Virus record (IMG/VR): IMGVR_UViG_3300033153_012477
Span: 55,437-119,436 of that record
DNA length: 64,000 nucleotides
Source: a virus
Taxonomy: Duplodnaviria; Heunggongvirae; Uroviricota; Caudoviricetes
Reading direction: 5' to 3' (one strand)
This document shows positions 44,421 through 54,504 of the stretch, piece after piece. Made by a program: the position numbers and the translations under genes. Below the pieces are notes generated by a model. It did no database searches and was not told where the DNA came from. It saw only the letters and a list, made by a program, of their open reading frames with translations. The stretch's first letter is position 1, and the number at the start of each line of letters is the position of its first letter.

Positions 44421-45216
44421 GATTACTTGCTTTATGGGTTGTCTTCTTTTTGGTTGTTTTTTTCTTAGAAACCTTCTTACTGGTGACTTTTTTAGCAGTC
44501 TTCACAGTATCAGGCTCATTCATAAGTCGAGACATCAATACCAGTTTTTTAGCTTTATGCTCATCTCCAAGTTGTTCCTTAAACATCTCATAGACGAGTT
44601 CTTCTCTTGGAGAGAAATTAAACAATTTATCAAATGATTTTTCTTTTCCTGGTACAACAGCTAAGAAAAAAGAATACTCATCTGAGGAAAACACCAAATG
44701 CGTAGGATCTATAAATCTACACAAATCTAATTGTTCAGGAGTTAAAGGTTCTAGCCCTTTCTTGTAACCATACTTAAATTCACTTAAACTGACATTTAGT
44801 TTTCTTCTAGATTTTGCTTTCTCTGGGGGAAGAGACGGTGTTAAAGTAGTCTCTTCTTCAAAAAGGTCATCAGGAGTGATATGTTCAGAAACCTTGTCTG
44901 CTATAATGCCTGGGGTTAACCCAGCTTCGTATAACCTATTTATAGCGGCAGCTATCTGACCGCCTTTATCCTCTAAATCAGTATAATCTGTACACCCAAA
45001 CCTCTTGCAATAATGAAGAAGAATCTCTTTTTCAGTTTCCTTCTCCCATTTTTTTGGGAGAGGTTTACTGCCTCTTGCGGTACTAGAAAATGAATCTAGA
45101 CTTTTAGCAGTAGACCTTTTTCCTGCTTCTATATCTTTATACTGTTGGACATAGTTATTAGCACTACCTATGGATTCACCTTCGTTATCTCTAAGAATGT
45201 TTTTGTCTACGTTCAT
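44407..45216 (-). CDS. Hypothetical protein with a highly basic Lys/Thr-rich C-terminal tail (possible nucleic-acid binding)
   Basis: C-terminal 'KKVTSKKVSKKKTTKKKTTHKASNHGRN'. Confidence 0.45.
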   Translation of the reverse strand: MNVDKNILRDNEGESIGSANNYVQQYKDIEAGKRSTAKSLDSFSSTARGSKPLPKKWEKETEKEILLHYCKRFGCTDYTDLEDKGGQIAAAINRLYEAGLTPGIIADKVSEHITPDDLFEEETTLTPSLPPEKAKSRRKLNVSLSEFKYGYKKGLEPLTPEQLDLCRFIDPTHLVFSSDEYSFFLAVVPGKEKSFDKLFNFSPREELVYEMFKEQLGDEHKAKKLVLMSRLMNEPDTVKTAKKVTSKKVSKKKTTKKKTTHKASNHGRN

Positions 45217-47520
45217 TTAAAAAATCTCCTTCAATGCGTCTGATACATGTGAGATATATTTAACTTCAATCTTTTCGGATAGATGTTCAGGAATGTTTTC
45301 AAAATCTCCCTTACAATCTTTTGGAAGTAAGACTAGTTTTATACCAGACCTAATGGCAGCGAGTACCTTCTCTTTGATACCTCCTACAGGAAGTACTTTT
45401 CCAGTCAGAGTTATCTCCCCAGTCATAGCTATAGAATCTTTAATCTTTTTATTGGTCAATAAAGACACAATACTTGATAAAAGAGCAACACCTGCACTAG
45501 GTCCATCTTTAGGAACAGCTCCTGCTGGGGCATGGATATGTATTCTATGCTTAGTTAGAATTTCAGGATCTACGTTTAGCTTTTTGTAGTTATTCTTAAT
45601 TACAGATACAGCAATTTTAGCAGATTCCTGCATAACTTCACCAAGTCTGCCTGTTAAGATAGTGTCCCCTTTTTCTTCTATAAGAATACATTCTAACTTT
45701 AAAATTTCTCCACCATAAGGAGTCCAAGCTAGTCCAGTAACAACACCTATATTGTTTTTATTGTCTTCTATGTCACTGAATTTCTCGGGTCCTAAATATG
45801 TTTTCAAATTCTTCTTATTTAAGACTATAGTCTTTCTAAATTTACCTTCAGCTTTCTTTTTAGAAACTTTTCTGACGATTCTAGCAACTTGTCTTTCAAG
45901 TTCTCGAACACCAAATTCCTTAGTGTACTTTCTAATAACGTCTTGTAATATAGGTTTAGAAAATGAGACATCCTTGTCTCGTAAACCGCCTTCCTTGACT
46001 CTTTTGGGTATGAGAAACTTTTTAGCAATTTCTATTTTTTCTTCTTCGCAATAACCACTGATATTAATTAACTCCATTCTATCTTTAAGTGCTGGAGGGA
46101 TGGTGTCAACATTATTTGCTGTGGCAATAAACATAACTTTTGATAGATCATATTCTATATTAATATAATGATCTTTGAATGTGTTGTTCTGCTCTGGATC
46201 TAGTACCTCTAGAAGAGCACTAGACGGATCTCCACGGAAATCACTCGATAGCTTATCTACTTCATCTAGAACAAAGACAGGATTTATAACTCCAGCATTT
46301 TTCATGCCTTGCATAATTTTTCCTGGCATTGCCCCAACATAAGTTTTACGGTGTCCCCTGACTTCAGACTCATCTTTCACACCACCTAAGGCAATACGCA
46401 CACATTTTCGATCTAATGCAGTGGCGATAGATTTAGCAAAAGATGTCTTACCCACTCCTGGAGGTCCATGGAAACAGATAATTGTACCTTTGGAATCTGG
46501 GTTAAGTTTCTTTATTGATAGAAACTCTAAAATTCTTTCTTTAACATCTGCGAGGTGACAATGCTCGCTGTCTAATACTTCTTTAGCTAAAGAAATATCC
46601 ATGTTATCTTCAGAAGTTTCATAAAAAGGAAGTTCAAAAACGTAGTCAAGATAGTTACGAGTAATTGTAGACTCATAAGATTCTGACATGCTATTTTTTA
46701 ACTTTTTAATATTCTTTAAAATTTCTTCTCTTGAATCTTTAGTTAAGTATTTTTCAATTTTCTCAAATTTAATAATGTAAGAGTCTAGGTCATTTTCCTT
46801 GTCTTCTCCTAACTCTTTTTTAATGGCTTTCATTTGTTCTTTTAAAAAGTATTCTTTTTGACTCTGAGTCATACTTTCTTTAGCATCTTCAACAATGGAA
46901 GCTTTCATATTGATGAAATTCTTCTGCTTAACTATCTCTTTGTAGGCTTTCCCTACAATTTCAAAAGAATCCTCTGATTCTAAAAGTTTTTGATTCTCTA
47001 GGTGATCTAGAGTCATAGCTAGTAGCAAATAACTAGTTGCCATAGGATTATCTAACTCTTTAACAGGGATTAAAGCTTCTGAAACAAATCCTTTCTCGAT
47101 AATATATACTAAATCTTTTATTAAAGTGTCATATAGAGCTTTATTTTTAGATACCTCTAAATCATAAGAAAGGTTTGGCAGTTCCTCTACTTTAGCAATA
47201 AAAGTTCCACCTGCTTCCGATAAGTGTTTTACCTTAGCTCTCTGTAATCCTTGAACTAAGAGTTTATACACCTTCTTACCTTGCATTGCTTCTTTTTTAA
47301 CAATCTTACAGACTACGCCCATGGGTTGAAAGTCTTTTAAAGAAGTAATATCAGACTGATCAGAATCTTTTTGTAGAAGAATAAGGATTTCTGAGGAGTA
47401 GTGGTCTATGGATTCAAACATTGCGTTTTTTGAAAACTCTCTTCCTACTGAAATAGGAATAAATATATGAGGAAAGACCACTAAATCTTTCACAGGTAAT
47501 ACAGGTAGTTCTTTAATCAT
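45217..47520 (-). CDS. lon: ATP-dependent Lon protease (LonA type)
   Basis: LonA N-domain 'LPVLPVKDLVVFPHIFIPISVGRE', Walker A 'GPPGVGKTS' and proteolytic-domain 'PKDGPSAGVAL' with the catalytic Ser, followed by the Lys-containing 'TGEITLTGKVLPVGGIKEK'. 767 aa. Confidence 0.9.
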   Translation of the reverse strand: MIKELPVLPVKDLVVFPHIFIPISVGREFSKNAMFESIDHYSSEILILLQKDSDQSDITSLKDFQPMGVVCKIVKKEAMQGKKVYKLLVQGLQRAKVKHLSEAGGTFIAKVEELPNLSYDLEVSKNKALYDTLIKDLVYIIEKGFVSEALIPVKELDNPMATSYLLLAMTLDHLENQKLLESEDSFEIVGKAYKEIVKQKNFINMKASIVEDAKESMTQSQKEYFLKEQMKAIKKELGEDKENDLDSYIIKFEKIEKYLTKDSREEILKNIKKLKNSMSESYESTITRNYLDYVFELPFYETSEDNMDISLAKEVLDSEHCHLADVKERILEFLSIKKLNPDSKGTIICFHGPPGVGKTSFAKSIATALDRKCVRIALGGVKDESEVRGHRKTYVGAMPGKIMQGMKNAGVINPVFVLDEVDKLSSDFRGDPSSALLEVLDPEQNNTFKDHYINIEYDLSKVMFIATANNVDTIPPALKDRMELINISGYCEEEKIEIAKKFLIPKRVKEGGLRDKDVSFSKPILQDVIRKYTKEFGVRELERQVARIVRKVSKKKAEGKFRKTIVLNKKNLKTYLGPEKFSDIEDNKNNIGVVTGLAWTPYGGEILKLECILIEEKGDTILTGRLGEVMQESAKIAVSVIKNNYKKLNVDPEILTKHRIHIHAPAGAVPKDGPSAGVALLSSIVSLLTNKKIKDSIAMTGEITLTGKVLPVGGIKEKVLAAIRSGIKLVLLPKDCKGDFENIPEHLSEKIEVKYISHVSDALKEIF

Positions 47521-47535
47521 TTTTCATCCTTAAAA

Positions 47536-47805
47536 TTAAAGGTTTTCTTTCATAGCTTTACCAGGTCTAAACTTGGCAACAGTTTTTTCGGGAATGTCTA
47601 CGGTAGCCCCTGTTTTTGGATTTCTACCCTTTCTAGCTTCTCTCTTAGTAGTTAAAAAAGTTCCAAACCCAGCTATTTTTACTGAATCCCCTTCCTTTAA
47701 TTTCCCAATGATTGTCTCGTGAGTCTCGTTAATGATAAGAGCAACAGTGCTTTTTTGAATTCCTGTTTTCTCTGAAATAACTTCAACCAATTCGCCTTTG
47801 TTCAT
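47536..47805 (-). CDS. HU/IHF-family histone-like DNA-binding protein
   Basis: 89 aa. 'MNKGELVEVISEKTGIQKS...GFGTF...R.ARKGRNPKTGATVDIPEKTVAKFRPGKAMKE' follows the canonical HU beta-arm pattern. Confidence 0.85.
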   Translation of the reverse strand: MNKGELVEVISEKTGIQKSTVALIINETHETIIGKLKEGDSVKIAGFGTFLTTKREARKGRNPKTGATVDIPEKTVAKFRPGKAMKENL

Positions 47806-47820
47806 AATTCCTCCGTGAAT

Positions 47821-48537
47821 TTAAATATCTGCAAGTAAACTTTCTACCTCATCGTTAATAAGTTTATTATCAAGGTTAATTTCCAGGTCAGTTCCTTCTA
47901 ACGTGGTATCTACCTTAGTTTTATTTAACTTATCCTCATTATTATACTGATCCATTTTTATTTGTTCAACAGCATCATCTGTAAATATAGGCTTTATAGG
48001 TTGAGAATCTAGCTCATTCTTAACTTTTGCTATAAAATCACCATCACTTCCTAATCTTTTGATAGTTTTTAACTCTAATTGAACAGTATCCCACAATAAC
48101 TTTAACTTATTATAAAGTTTTTCAATATCTCTAGATTTTTTATGAGCTAACTTAAGAAGTTGCTCCAAGTCTTTAATGCTGGCATCCCAATCAAGTAATT
48201 CCTTATAGTCGTCTTTTAACAAAAAGAAATTTATATAGTCATTTCTCTCTTTTGCTGTAGCTAATTGAGTTATTCTTGGGTCATTGATGCTTAAGTCAGT
48301 AGCTCTAACATCAAAAGCAAATCTATTATTAGTGTGTTTGTTTCTTAGAATAGTTTGTTCTACAGAAACTTCTCCAATCACTGTGTTCAAGGTGTCATTG
48401 TACGCTGCCATTTTTGCTAACTGCGTCTGAATATAGTCAAAATCTATTTCTTTTTGTAAAGAAAGAGAACAGTTATTAACTGTATTATAATATTCTTGTA
48501 GTTTTTTTACTTCCATTTCAGATGCCCCCTGGCACAA
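47821..48537 (-). CDS. Hypothetical protein
   Basis: 238-aa ORF. No motif. Confidence 0.45.
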   Translation of the reverse strand: MCQGASEMEVKKLQEYYNTVNNCSLSLQKEIDFDYIQTQLAKMAAYNDTLNTVIGEVSVEQTILRNKHTNNRFAFDVRATDLSINDPRITQLATAKERNDYINFFLLKDDYKELLDWDASIKDLEQLLKLAHKKSRDIEKLYNKLKLLWDTVQLELKTIKRLGSDGDFIAKVKNELDSQPIKPIFTDDAVEQIKMDQYNNEDKLNKTKVDTTLEGTDLEINLDNKLINDEVESLLADI

Positions 48538-49084
48538 AACAGTTTATACATCGAGGTTGGTATAGCTCAAGATCTCCTACCTCGATTTGACCTCCACCTT
48601 TTCTAAGCTTCTGACTAAATATAGCATGATCACATTTACAACTCATACACACAGCAGTTAGCTTTTCTACAGAGTCTGAGAGAGTGACCATTCTGGTAAT
48701 ATCTCCAAAAGGCTCTCCATTAAAATCTGAATCAAGTGCTGAAACTAACACTTTGAACTTCCTCAAGAGGAGATCTTTTACAACTCTGTACAGGTCTCTA
48801 TAGAATTGTCCCTCATCAAAAGCAATGATGTCAACATCCTTATTACTTTTTTTAAGGTACTGTTCAATTTCAGCGTAAATCTCATCAGGTGAAGATATTT
48901 CAACACAATCTCTCTCAGAACCATTTCTTGATTTAACTGTTTTTGATCTAGTATCAACCAAGGGTTTTGCTAGTAATACATTATAGCCTGCTATTTCATA
49001 TCGGGTGACTCTACGTAATAGTTCTTCTGATTTACCACAACAAACTGGACCAGTTATTAACTCTAAATTATTTCTCAAGTTCAT
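48518..49084 (-). CDS. tdk: Thymidine kinase
   Basis: P-loop 'ITGPVCCGKSEELLRR' (variant of GPMFSGKSTELI), 'IIAFDEGQF' and a C-terminal zinc-ribbon 'CMSC...C...CINC'. Confidence 0.8.
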   Translation of the reverse strand: MNLRNNLELITGPVCCGKSEELLRRVTRYEIAGYNVLLAKPLVDTRSKTVKSRNGSERDCVEISSPDEIYAEIEQYLKKSNKDVDIIAFDEGQFYRDLYRVVKDLLLRKFKVLVSALDSDFNGEPFGDITRMVTLSDSVEKLTAVCMSCKCDHAIFSQKLRKGGGQIEVGDLELYQPRCINCFVPGGI

Positions 49085-49889
49085 GTTTATTACCTATTTC
49101 CTTCAGGTTTAATATTTCAGGATACCCCGCATCTTTGATAAATGATTTATATTTTTTTGATATAAGGTCTAACTGATCATTTAAGCTATCTTCTCCATAT
49201 TTATTTATATTCTTGTTTATTCTGATAATATCGCTATCTAGGATGTGGTGATAGGAAGACTTTCTATCAGGTCGATATTTTATTGGTTTTTGAATAATAA
49301 TCTCTAGGTTGTTGTAGAATTTTTCTGGGTTTCTGAAAGAATCCTCAAATTTTAACAAAGAGGTGATGTCTATTTTTTCGTAAAGATCCTGGTCATACTC
49401 CCAGTAGTTGCCTAAACAAGTGTGTGTAGTGACTAAATACCTCACCCTTGGATCTCTAACAAAACCAAAAACAGAAGTACTACTCACGTCCAGTTTGTCC
49501 AACATAAAGTGTTTGGTATGAGCAAAAAGATATTTTAAGTTATTTATCTCAAGTATATCTCTCAAAAAAGATTTACCTGTGTCATATAATGAAAATACTA
49601 AAACATCTTTTCCAGAGATAGTAGCTTGTTTATCTAGCTTCTCTCTGAGAGTTACGTCTTCTTTTTTTATAAACTGTAATTGAGGGAAGAATGTCGGAAC
49701 CCTGTCTTTCAAGTAGTCGTGTAAGCTGGAGCTAGTTAGCGAACTGTCTTTATTTCCACAATAAGAGCAAGTAGAATAGACTCTTAGTTCTTTATCATTT
49801 TTAAAGAAAGAAGCTTCATTAGAAAATCTACCGCAGTTATAGCAGGGATAACGCTCCGCTATAAGATTGATAATCTCTCCCAAACTCAT
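49068..49889 (-). CDS. Hypothetical protein with an N-terminal zinc-ribbon (CYNC...CSYC)
   Basis: 273-aa ORF. 'VLVFSLYDTGKSFL' is P-loop/sulfotransferase-like but not diagnostic. Confidence 0.4.
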   Translation of the reverse strand: MSLGEIINLIAERYPCYNCGRFSNEASFFKNDKELRVYSTCSYCGNKDSSLTSSSLHDYLKDRVPTFFPQLQFIKKEDVTLREKLDKQATISGKDVLVFSLYDTGKSFLRDILEINNLKYLFAHTKHFMLDKLDVSSTSVFGFVRDPRVRYLVTTHTCLGNYWEYDQDLYEKIDITSLLKFEDSFRNPEKFYNNLEIIIQKPIKYRPDRKSSYHHILDSDIIRINKNINKYGEDSLNDQLDLISKKYKSFIKDAGYPEILNLKEIGNKHELEK

Positions 49890-49891
49890 AA

Positions 49892-50431
49892 TTATCTCAT
49901 CTGATCTAGTAATGTTAAGTTTGTATTATCTTTTTTTAGCTTTTCTTCTATATCTCGATGCCCTTCAACGAAAAAATCTTTAGCATAGAAGAATTGTTTA
50001 ACTCCCGCATTTAGAGAACACATAAGATCTGAGTCTTTATCCCCAACCATTATAGATGTCTCAAGATCCACATTATACTGCAGCCTTAGTTTGTCTATCA
50101 TTCCTGTGTTTGGTTTCCTATCAGGACTCTCTAAATCTGGTGCCCACATGATACGGTCAAAGATATTACCCATCAGCTCATTAGTCTTATCCATGAGTGC
50201 TTCACACTCTTTATCAGTTAGATAACCAAGTTGAATACCCCCTTGATTAGATACACCAAATATATAGAAACCCGCTTTTTTGAAATTTTTTATCTTATCA
50301 ACTACTCCAGGATAAATCCTAATGTCAGAAGGTTTGTTTGGACAAGGTTGTTTAGGATCTTCTGTATAACGAACGGTGCTGTCTAAGTCTAGAAATAATG
50401 CAGGTCTAGCACCGTGGAATTTAATTTTCAT
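49892..50431 (-). CDS. HAD-IIIA family phosphatase (GmhB / polynucleotide 3'-phosphatase-like)
   Basis: Motif I 'LFLDLDSTV' (DxDxT), 'IFGVSNQGGIQLGY' (compare GmhB TNQSGIARG) and motif IV 'VGDKDSDLMCSLNAG'. Confidence 0.6.
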   Translation of the reverse strand: MKIKFHGARPALFLDLDSTVRYTEDPKQPCPNKPSDIRIYPGVVDKIKNFKKAGFYIFGVSNQGGIQLGYLTDKECEALMDKTNELMGNIFDRIMWAPDLESPDRKPNTGMIDKLRLQYNVDLETSIMVGDKDSDLMCSLNAGVKQFFYAKDFFVEGHRDIEEKLKKDNTNLTLLDQMR

Positions 50432-51282
50432 GGAGTCTCCATATTTTTTATAAGCAAGTGTTTATTTTGAATAAGCATATTTTTAAAGTGCATATCAAGT
50501 TTAAGGTTTGAGTTTAACTTATCTTTGAACTTGTTACATGAATCTAAAAATATTAAAGAAGTATTTAATGACTTATTTTTTTTTGCCAAATCTTGAGACA
50601 CTAAGAGCAGCATGTTGTTGAGAAGAATAATATCTAAGTCTTTATGAGATAAGTACCAATCAATAATATTAGAATAATCTAAATCAGCGAAAGTGCTTAC
50701 AAATAAATGGATTTCTTGGTATATTTCATCCACACCTAGATTATCTAACGTAGCTTTATTACCAAGACACCCTCCCATCATCTTCACTTCTGTGTCTGAT
50801 AGGTTTGGCATATATCTCTTCAGATCTTTTATAGGGCTGAACTCAAAAGATATACTCCTAGAACAAATAGTATTTATGACTAATTCTTTATTTTCTGCTA
50901 ATAATATAAAGTAGGTATTGTCAGGAGCATCCTCAAAAACTTTAAGACAAGCATTAGCAGACTCCTTGTTCATGAGATCCACATCTCGCAAAATAACATA
51001 TTTACTATCTAGCTCAAAAGCAGTATCGCTAATGTAGTCCTTCATCTGGTCTATGAGTTCTAGTTTAAAAGTTTTTGTCTCTGGCTCTAACACTAAAATA
51101 TCGGGGTGAGACTCTAACCTAGAGTTAAAAGAACCTTTGTATATCTCATCCAGTAAATTAAGGGCGGTGTGTTTTTTACCAACACCTTTTGGTCCTGTAA
51201 AAAGTAACACGGTTGGAAGTTTATTTTTTAATGTCTTTAGCGAAGATTTTATGTCCTCGTGTCCTAGAATATCTTTTAGCAT
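50428..51282 (-). CDS. AAA+ clamp-loader subunit (DNA polymerase III delta-prime / HolB-like)
   Basis: 'LLFTGPKGVGKKHTA' P-loop and 'KESANACLKVFEDAPDNTYFILLAENKELVINTICSRSISFEF' matching the HolB sensor-1/SRC region (NALLKtLEEPp...fiL......ll.TI.SRC). Confidence 0.65.
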   Translation of the reverse strand: MLKDILGHEDIKSSLKTLKNKLPTVLLFTGPKGVGKKHTALNLLDEIYKGSFNSRLESHPDILVLEPETKTFKLELIDQMKDYISDTAFELDSKYVILRDVDLMNKESANACLKVFEDAPDNTYFILLAENKELVINTICSRSISFEFSPIKDLKRYMPNLSDTEVKMMGGCLGNKATLDNLGVDEIYQEIHLFVSTFADLDYSNIIDWYLSHKDLDIILLNNMLLLVSQDLAKKNKSLNTSLIFLDSCNKFKDKLNSNLKLDMHFKNMLIQNKHLLIKNMETP

Positions 51283-52238
51283 TATTGGATCTCTTCTATA
51301 TAATTATCTAAATCTTTTTTCCAAGTGCCCATACGACCACACAGTATTGTTTTTAGACTATTGTTGTTAAGTGCTCCGAATTTAGGACGAGCTACTTTAC
51401 CGTGAGGTAAGTCTTTTACTGGCGTTACGCAGTCCTCGAATCCCATTTTTTCTAGAAAATATTTACCACATTGATATCTTGAACAGTAGTCATTGTGAGT
51501 GAGGTGAAATATCCTCCCCTTTAATTTGCGAGGGTCCTTCTTGAAAAAAGCTCTATAAACCACATCGCTTATATAAGAGACACTACAGGGAGACCCCATT
51601 TCATCTGAAACAATCGATAAGGGTTTACCTTGCCTTGCTACTGATAAAATTTTACTAAAAAATGTCTTATCATTATTTCCGAATAACCACTGTAGCCTGA
51701 AGATGGTATACTTAGGAGAGTCTTTCATTTTTTTCTGTATAGCTCGCTCACCATGTAACTTGGAAAGACCATAATAGTTAATAGGATTAGTCTCGTCAGA
51801 CTCCGAGTAAGGAGTCGCACTTATCCCATCAAATACAAAGTCAGTACTGAAGTGAACTAAATGGATATTATATTCTAAACATACTCTTGCCAGTACTCCC
51901 GCTGCTTGAGCATTAACTAAGTAAGCTTGTTTCTGGTCTTCTTCTGCTTTTGGAACATCAGTATATGCAGCACAGTTAAAAAGGTATTTGATGCTTGGAT
52001 TCAAAAATTTTTTCATAGATTCATAACTAGCTATGTTAAAATTGGGGCGGTCACCTACAATTACTTCTAAATTTTTTTCTTCTAAGTAAGATTTTAAACG
52101 AGATCCTAGTAAACCTCTTGAACCTGTAATCGCTATCTTCATTTTAATGCTCGCTCTTTTTATAAACCTGTATAGGTCTATAATAGTAAAGAACAAGACT
52201 ATGGAAAGTACAGTATTTTTTTCAATAAGTTGGTCCAA
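51282..52238 (-). CDS. dTDP-4-dehydrorhamnose reductase-like (RmlD family) NAD(P)-dependent reductase; true start probably the internal Met ('MKIAITGSRG')
   Basis: 'MKIAITGSRGLLGSRL' Rossmann motif, 'YGLSKLHGE' (YxxxK), and the size and layout of RmlD. The first 32 annotated residues are likely not translated. Confidence 0.6.
   Translation of the reverse strand: MDQLIEKNTVLSIVLFFTIIDLYRFIKRASIKMKIAITGSRGLLGSRLKSYLEEKNLEVIVGDRPNFNIASYESMKKFLNPSIKYLFNCAAYTDVPKAEEDQKQAYLVNAQAAGVLARVCLEYNIHLVHFSTDFVFDGISATPYSESDETNPINYYGLSKLHGERAIQKKMKDSPKYTIFRLQWLFGNNDKTFFSKILSVARQGKPLSIVSDEMGSPCSVSYISDVVYRAFFKKDPRKLKGRIFHLTHNDYCSRYQCGKYFLEKMGFEDCVTPVKDLPHGKVARPKFGALNNNSLKTILCGRMGTWKKDLDNYIEEIQ
52168..52180 (+). 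promoter_or_regulatory. Copy of the recurring CCTGTATAG(A/G)T motif in the long divergent intergenic region
   Basis: 'aaaCCTGTATAGGTCTATAATag' in the 52143-52536 intergenic region. A second related element, 'ACCTGTAaaaaagaaattttagatTTATATAGATTTT', lies at 52441-52476, about 60 nt upstream of the helicase gene. Confidence 0.3.
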
Positions 52239-52536
52239 AAAAGAGGGCGGCTAGAATCTAAGTATAGTAACGATTTTAAAATCGATGCAATTTTAAATGG
52301 CAAGAAACCGCTACTAAGTAATATATAAGAGTAATATTCTGTTTTATGCCCTGCATATAAGAGAGAGTGGGATTAATGATACTTATTGTCAAACAACAAG
52401 CAATTTAAAATGGCACACTTACATGACTCAGCACGTTGTTACCTGTAAAAAAGAAATTTTAGATTTATATAGATTTTACACACAATATAAATTAACATAA
52501 TCTCTAACTAAAGTTAGATTAGGAAAACAATTTACT

Positions 52537-54504
52537 ATGGACAGTCAAATAATATTTAAGGGGATAATTGAGTACTTACACTGGTATATTGATATACCTC
52601 GTATAACTGCTACAGATATTGCAAGCTATATAGACCTAGAGGATTTAAATTCTCTATGGGAAGTAGAACTCGATGCGTATATTCCAGATTATAAAATACA
52701 AGCCTTACGAAGTAAACTTGCAACGCACCCATTAAAACCTGCTGCCTTCTTATTAGGTATTACTTTCACTCCTAGCATTACAGATATTATTCTTAAACAT
52801 TATGGGGGTTCCGATTCTTTAGCAAAGGATATTGAAGAGAATCCTTATGTGTTAATAGATATTGAAGAACTCTCTTTTAAAAAGTTAGATAAAGTAGCTA
52901 CTGAGGTTCTGAAAATCCCTACTGATTCACCTTTGCGTTATAAAGCTTTAGTACATTACCAATTAGCTAGTCAGAGTTTCAAAAACGGACACCTATATAC
53001 TTATTTAGAGACATTTATTAATTCACGATTTGAAGTAAACATCAGTAGAGTTAACCTGAAGACCTATTTAAAAGAATTAATTATAGAAGGTAAAATTATC
53101 CTAGAGGGTAAAAAACTATACACGTCTCACCATTACAAAGCTGAAAAATATTCAGCACAGATACTTGCTAAACTGATTAATATTTCAGGACGACATCTTT
53201 TCTTTGAAGGAGTAGATGTAGATGAATACATAGCAGGGTACGAGAAGATTCAAACTGAAAATATTAACGGGGGCGAGTGGAAAAATCTTACATGGAAAGA
53301 AAAACAATTTACACTTTCTCCAGAACAGAGAATTGCTGTTGATAAATTTTTTAACGAGAATTTTTTCATAGTTACTGGGCTTCCTGGGACGGGTAAGACC
53401 ACTGTCACCAAAGCATTGGTTGATATCTCCACTAGTAGGAGTTTAAAAGTAACTTTAATGGCTCCTACAGGGATAGCTGCTAAAAGATTAGCTGAAACTT
53501 GCGGGCATGACGCATCAACTATTCATAAAGAACTAGGATTTGATGGTGTAGTTTGGAAGAGAGGCATAGATGACCCTCTCGATTCTGATGTTATTATAGT
53601 TGATGAGTTCAGCATGGTTGACCAAGTCCTTTTGTACAAACTCTTACAAGCGTTACCTAAAAAAGAATTTGTACTAGTGTTTATCGGAGATTCTGCTCAG
53701 TTACCTTCAGTTGGTCCAGGAAATGTTCTTAGGGAATTAACTAATAGTGGTAAAATACCTCACATATCTTTGACTAAAATATTTAGACAGGAAGATACCT
53801 CTGACATTGTTTTGAATTCTCATCAAATAAATAAAGGCAGCACTAAGTTGTTCAATACTAAAAAAGATTTTATCTTTATGGAGATTGAGCATGAACAGGA
53901 TACTTTGAAAAAGCTAATAACTGTTGCAGAAGCATTACAAGAGAAGAACTATCAAATTTTAAGTCCAACTTATAAGGGTATTTTAGGAGTCTCTAACCTC
54001 AATCGAACTCTGCAAGAAACTTTTAATCCAAACTTTGATTCTGCCAGAGAGTTTAAAACAGAGATTTGTACCTTTCGTGAAGACGATCAGGTTATGGTGA
54101 TTAAAAATGATTACAAGAACGAAGTATATAATGGGGAGCGGGGTACACTCGTTAACATTAATCAAAGAAATAGGAAACTAGAAATTTTTATTGATGGGAA
54201 AACAATAGAGTACACTTTTAGAGACGCTTATGCCATGCTTGCCTTAGACTACGCAAGAACTATACATAAAGCACAGGGTCAGGAGTATGACTATGTAATT
54301 CTTCCTTTCGTTAATTATTTCTCGGTACAACTACAGCGAAATCTTATATACACCGCAATTACTAGAGCTAAGAAAAAAGTATTTATACTTGGACATCAGA
54401 AAGCTCTTTTTAGATCAATACAAAATAATAACGTATCAAAAAGAAATACAATTTTATCAAGTAGGTTACTGACCCATTTGAAAGAACTTAAGGAGAACTC
54501 ATGA
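52537..54504 (+). CDS. SF1B RecD-like ATP-dependent DNA helicase
   Basis: Walker A 'VTGLPGTGKTT', 'LMAPTGIAAKRL', Walker B 'IIVDEFSMVD', 'GDSAQLPSVGPGNV', 'LTKIFRQ' and a C-terminal 'YAMLALDYARTIHKAQGQEYDYVI' (helicase motifs V/VI). Confidence 0.8.
   Translation: MDSQIIFKGIIEYLHWYIDIPRITATDIASYIDLEDLNSLWEVELDAYIPDYKIQALRSKLATHPLKPAAFLLGITFTPSITDIILKHYGGSDSLAKDIEENPYVLIDIEELSFKKLDKVATEVLKIPTDSPLRYKALVHYQLASQSFKNGHLYTYLETFINSRFEVNISRVNLKTYLKELIIEGKIILEGKKLYTSHHYKAEKYSAQILAKLINISGRHLFFEGVDVDEYIAGYEKIQTENINGGEWKNLTWKEKQFTLSPEQRIAVDKFFNENFFIVTGLPGTGKTTVTKALVDISTSRSLKVTLMAPTGIAAKRLAETCGHDASTIHKELGFDGVVWKRGIDDPLDSDVIIVDEFSMVDQVLLYKLLQALPKKEFVLVFIGDSAQLPSVGPGNVLRELTNSGKIPHISLTKIFRQEDTSDIVLNSHQINKGSTKLFNTKKDFIFMEIEHEQDTLKKLITVAEALQEKNYQILSPTYKGILGVSNLNRTLQETFNPNFDSAREFKTEICTFREDDQVMVIKNDYKNEVYNGERGTLVNINQRNRKLEIFIDGKTIEYTFRDAYAMLALDYARTIHKAQGQEYDYVILPFVNYFSVQLQRNLIYTAITRAKKKVFILGHQKALFRSIQNNNVSKRNTILSSRLLTHLKELKENS

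Noticed and set aside
45293-46054. Plus- and minus-strand small ORFs inside the lon gene (45293-45589, 45752-46054, 45825-46028)
   Set aside because: They are embedded in a 767-aa ORF with unambiguous LonA motifs, so they are alternative-frame artefacts.
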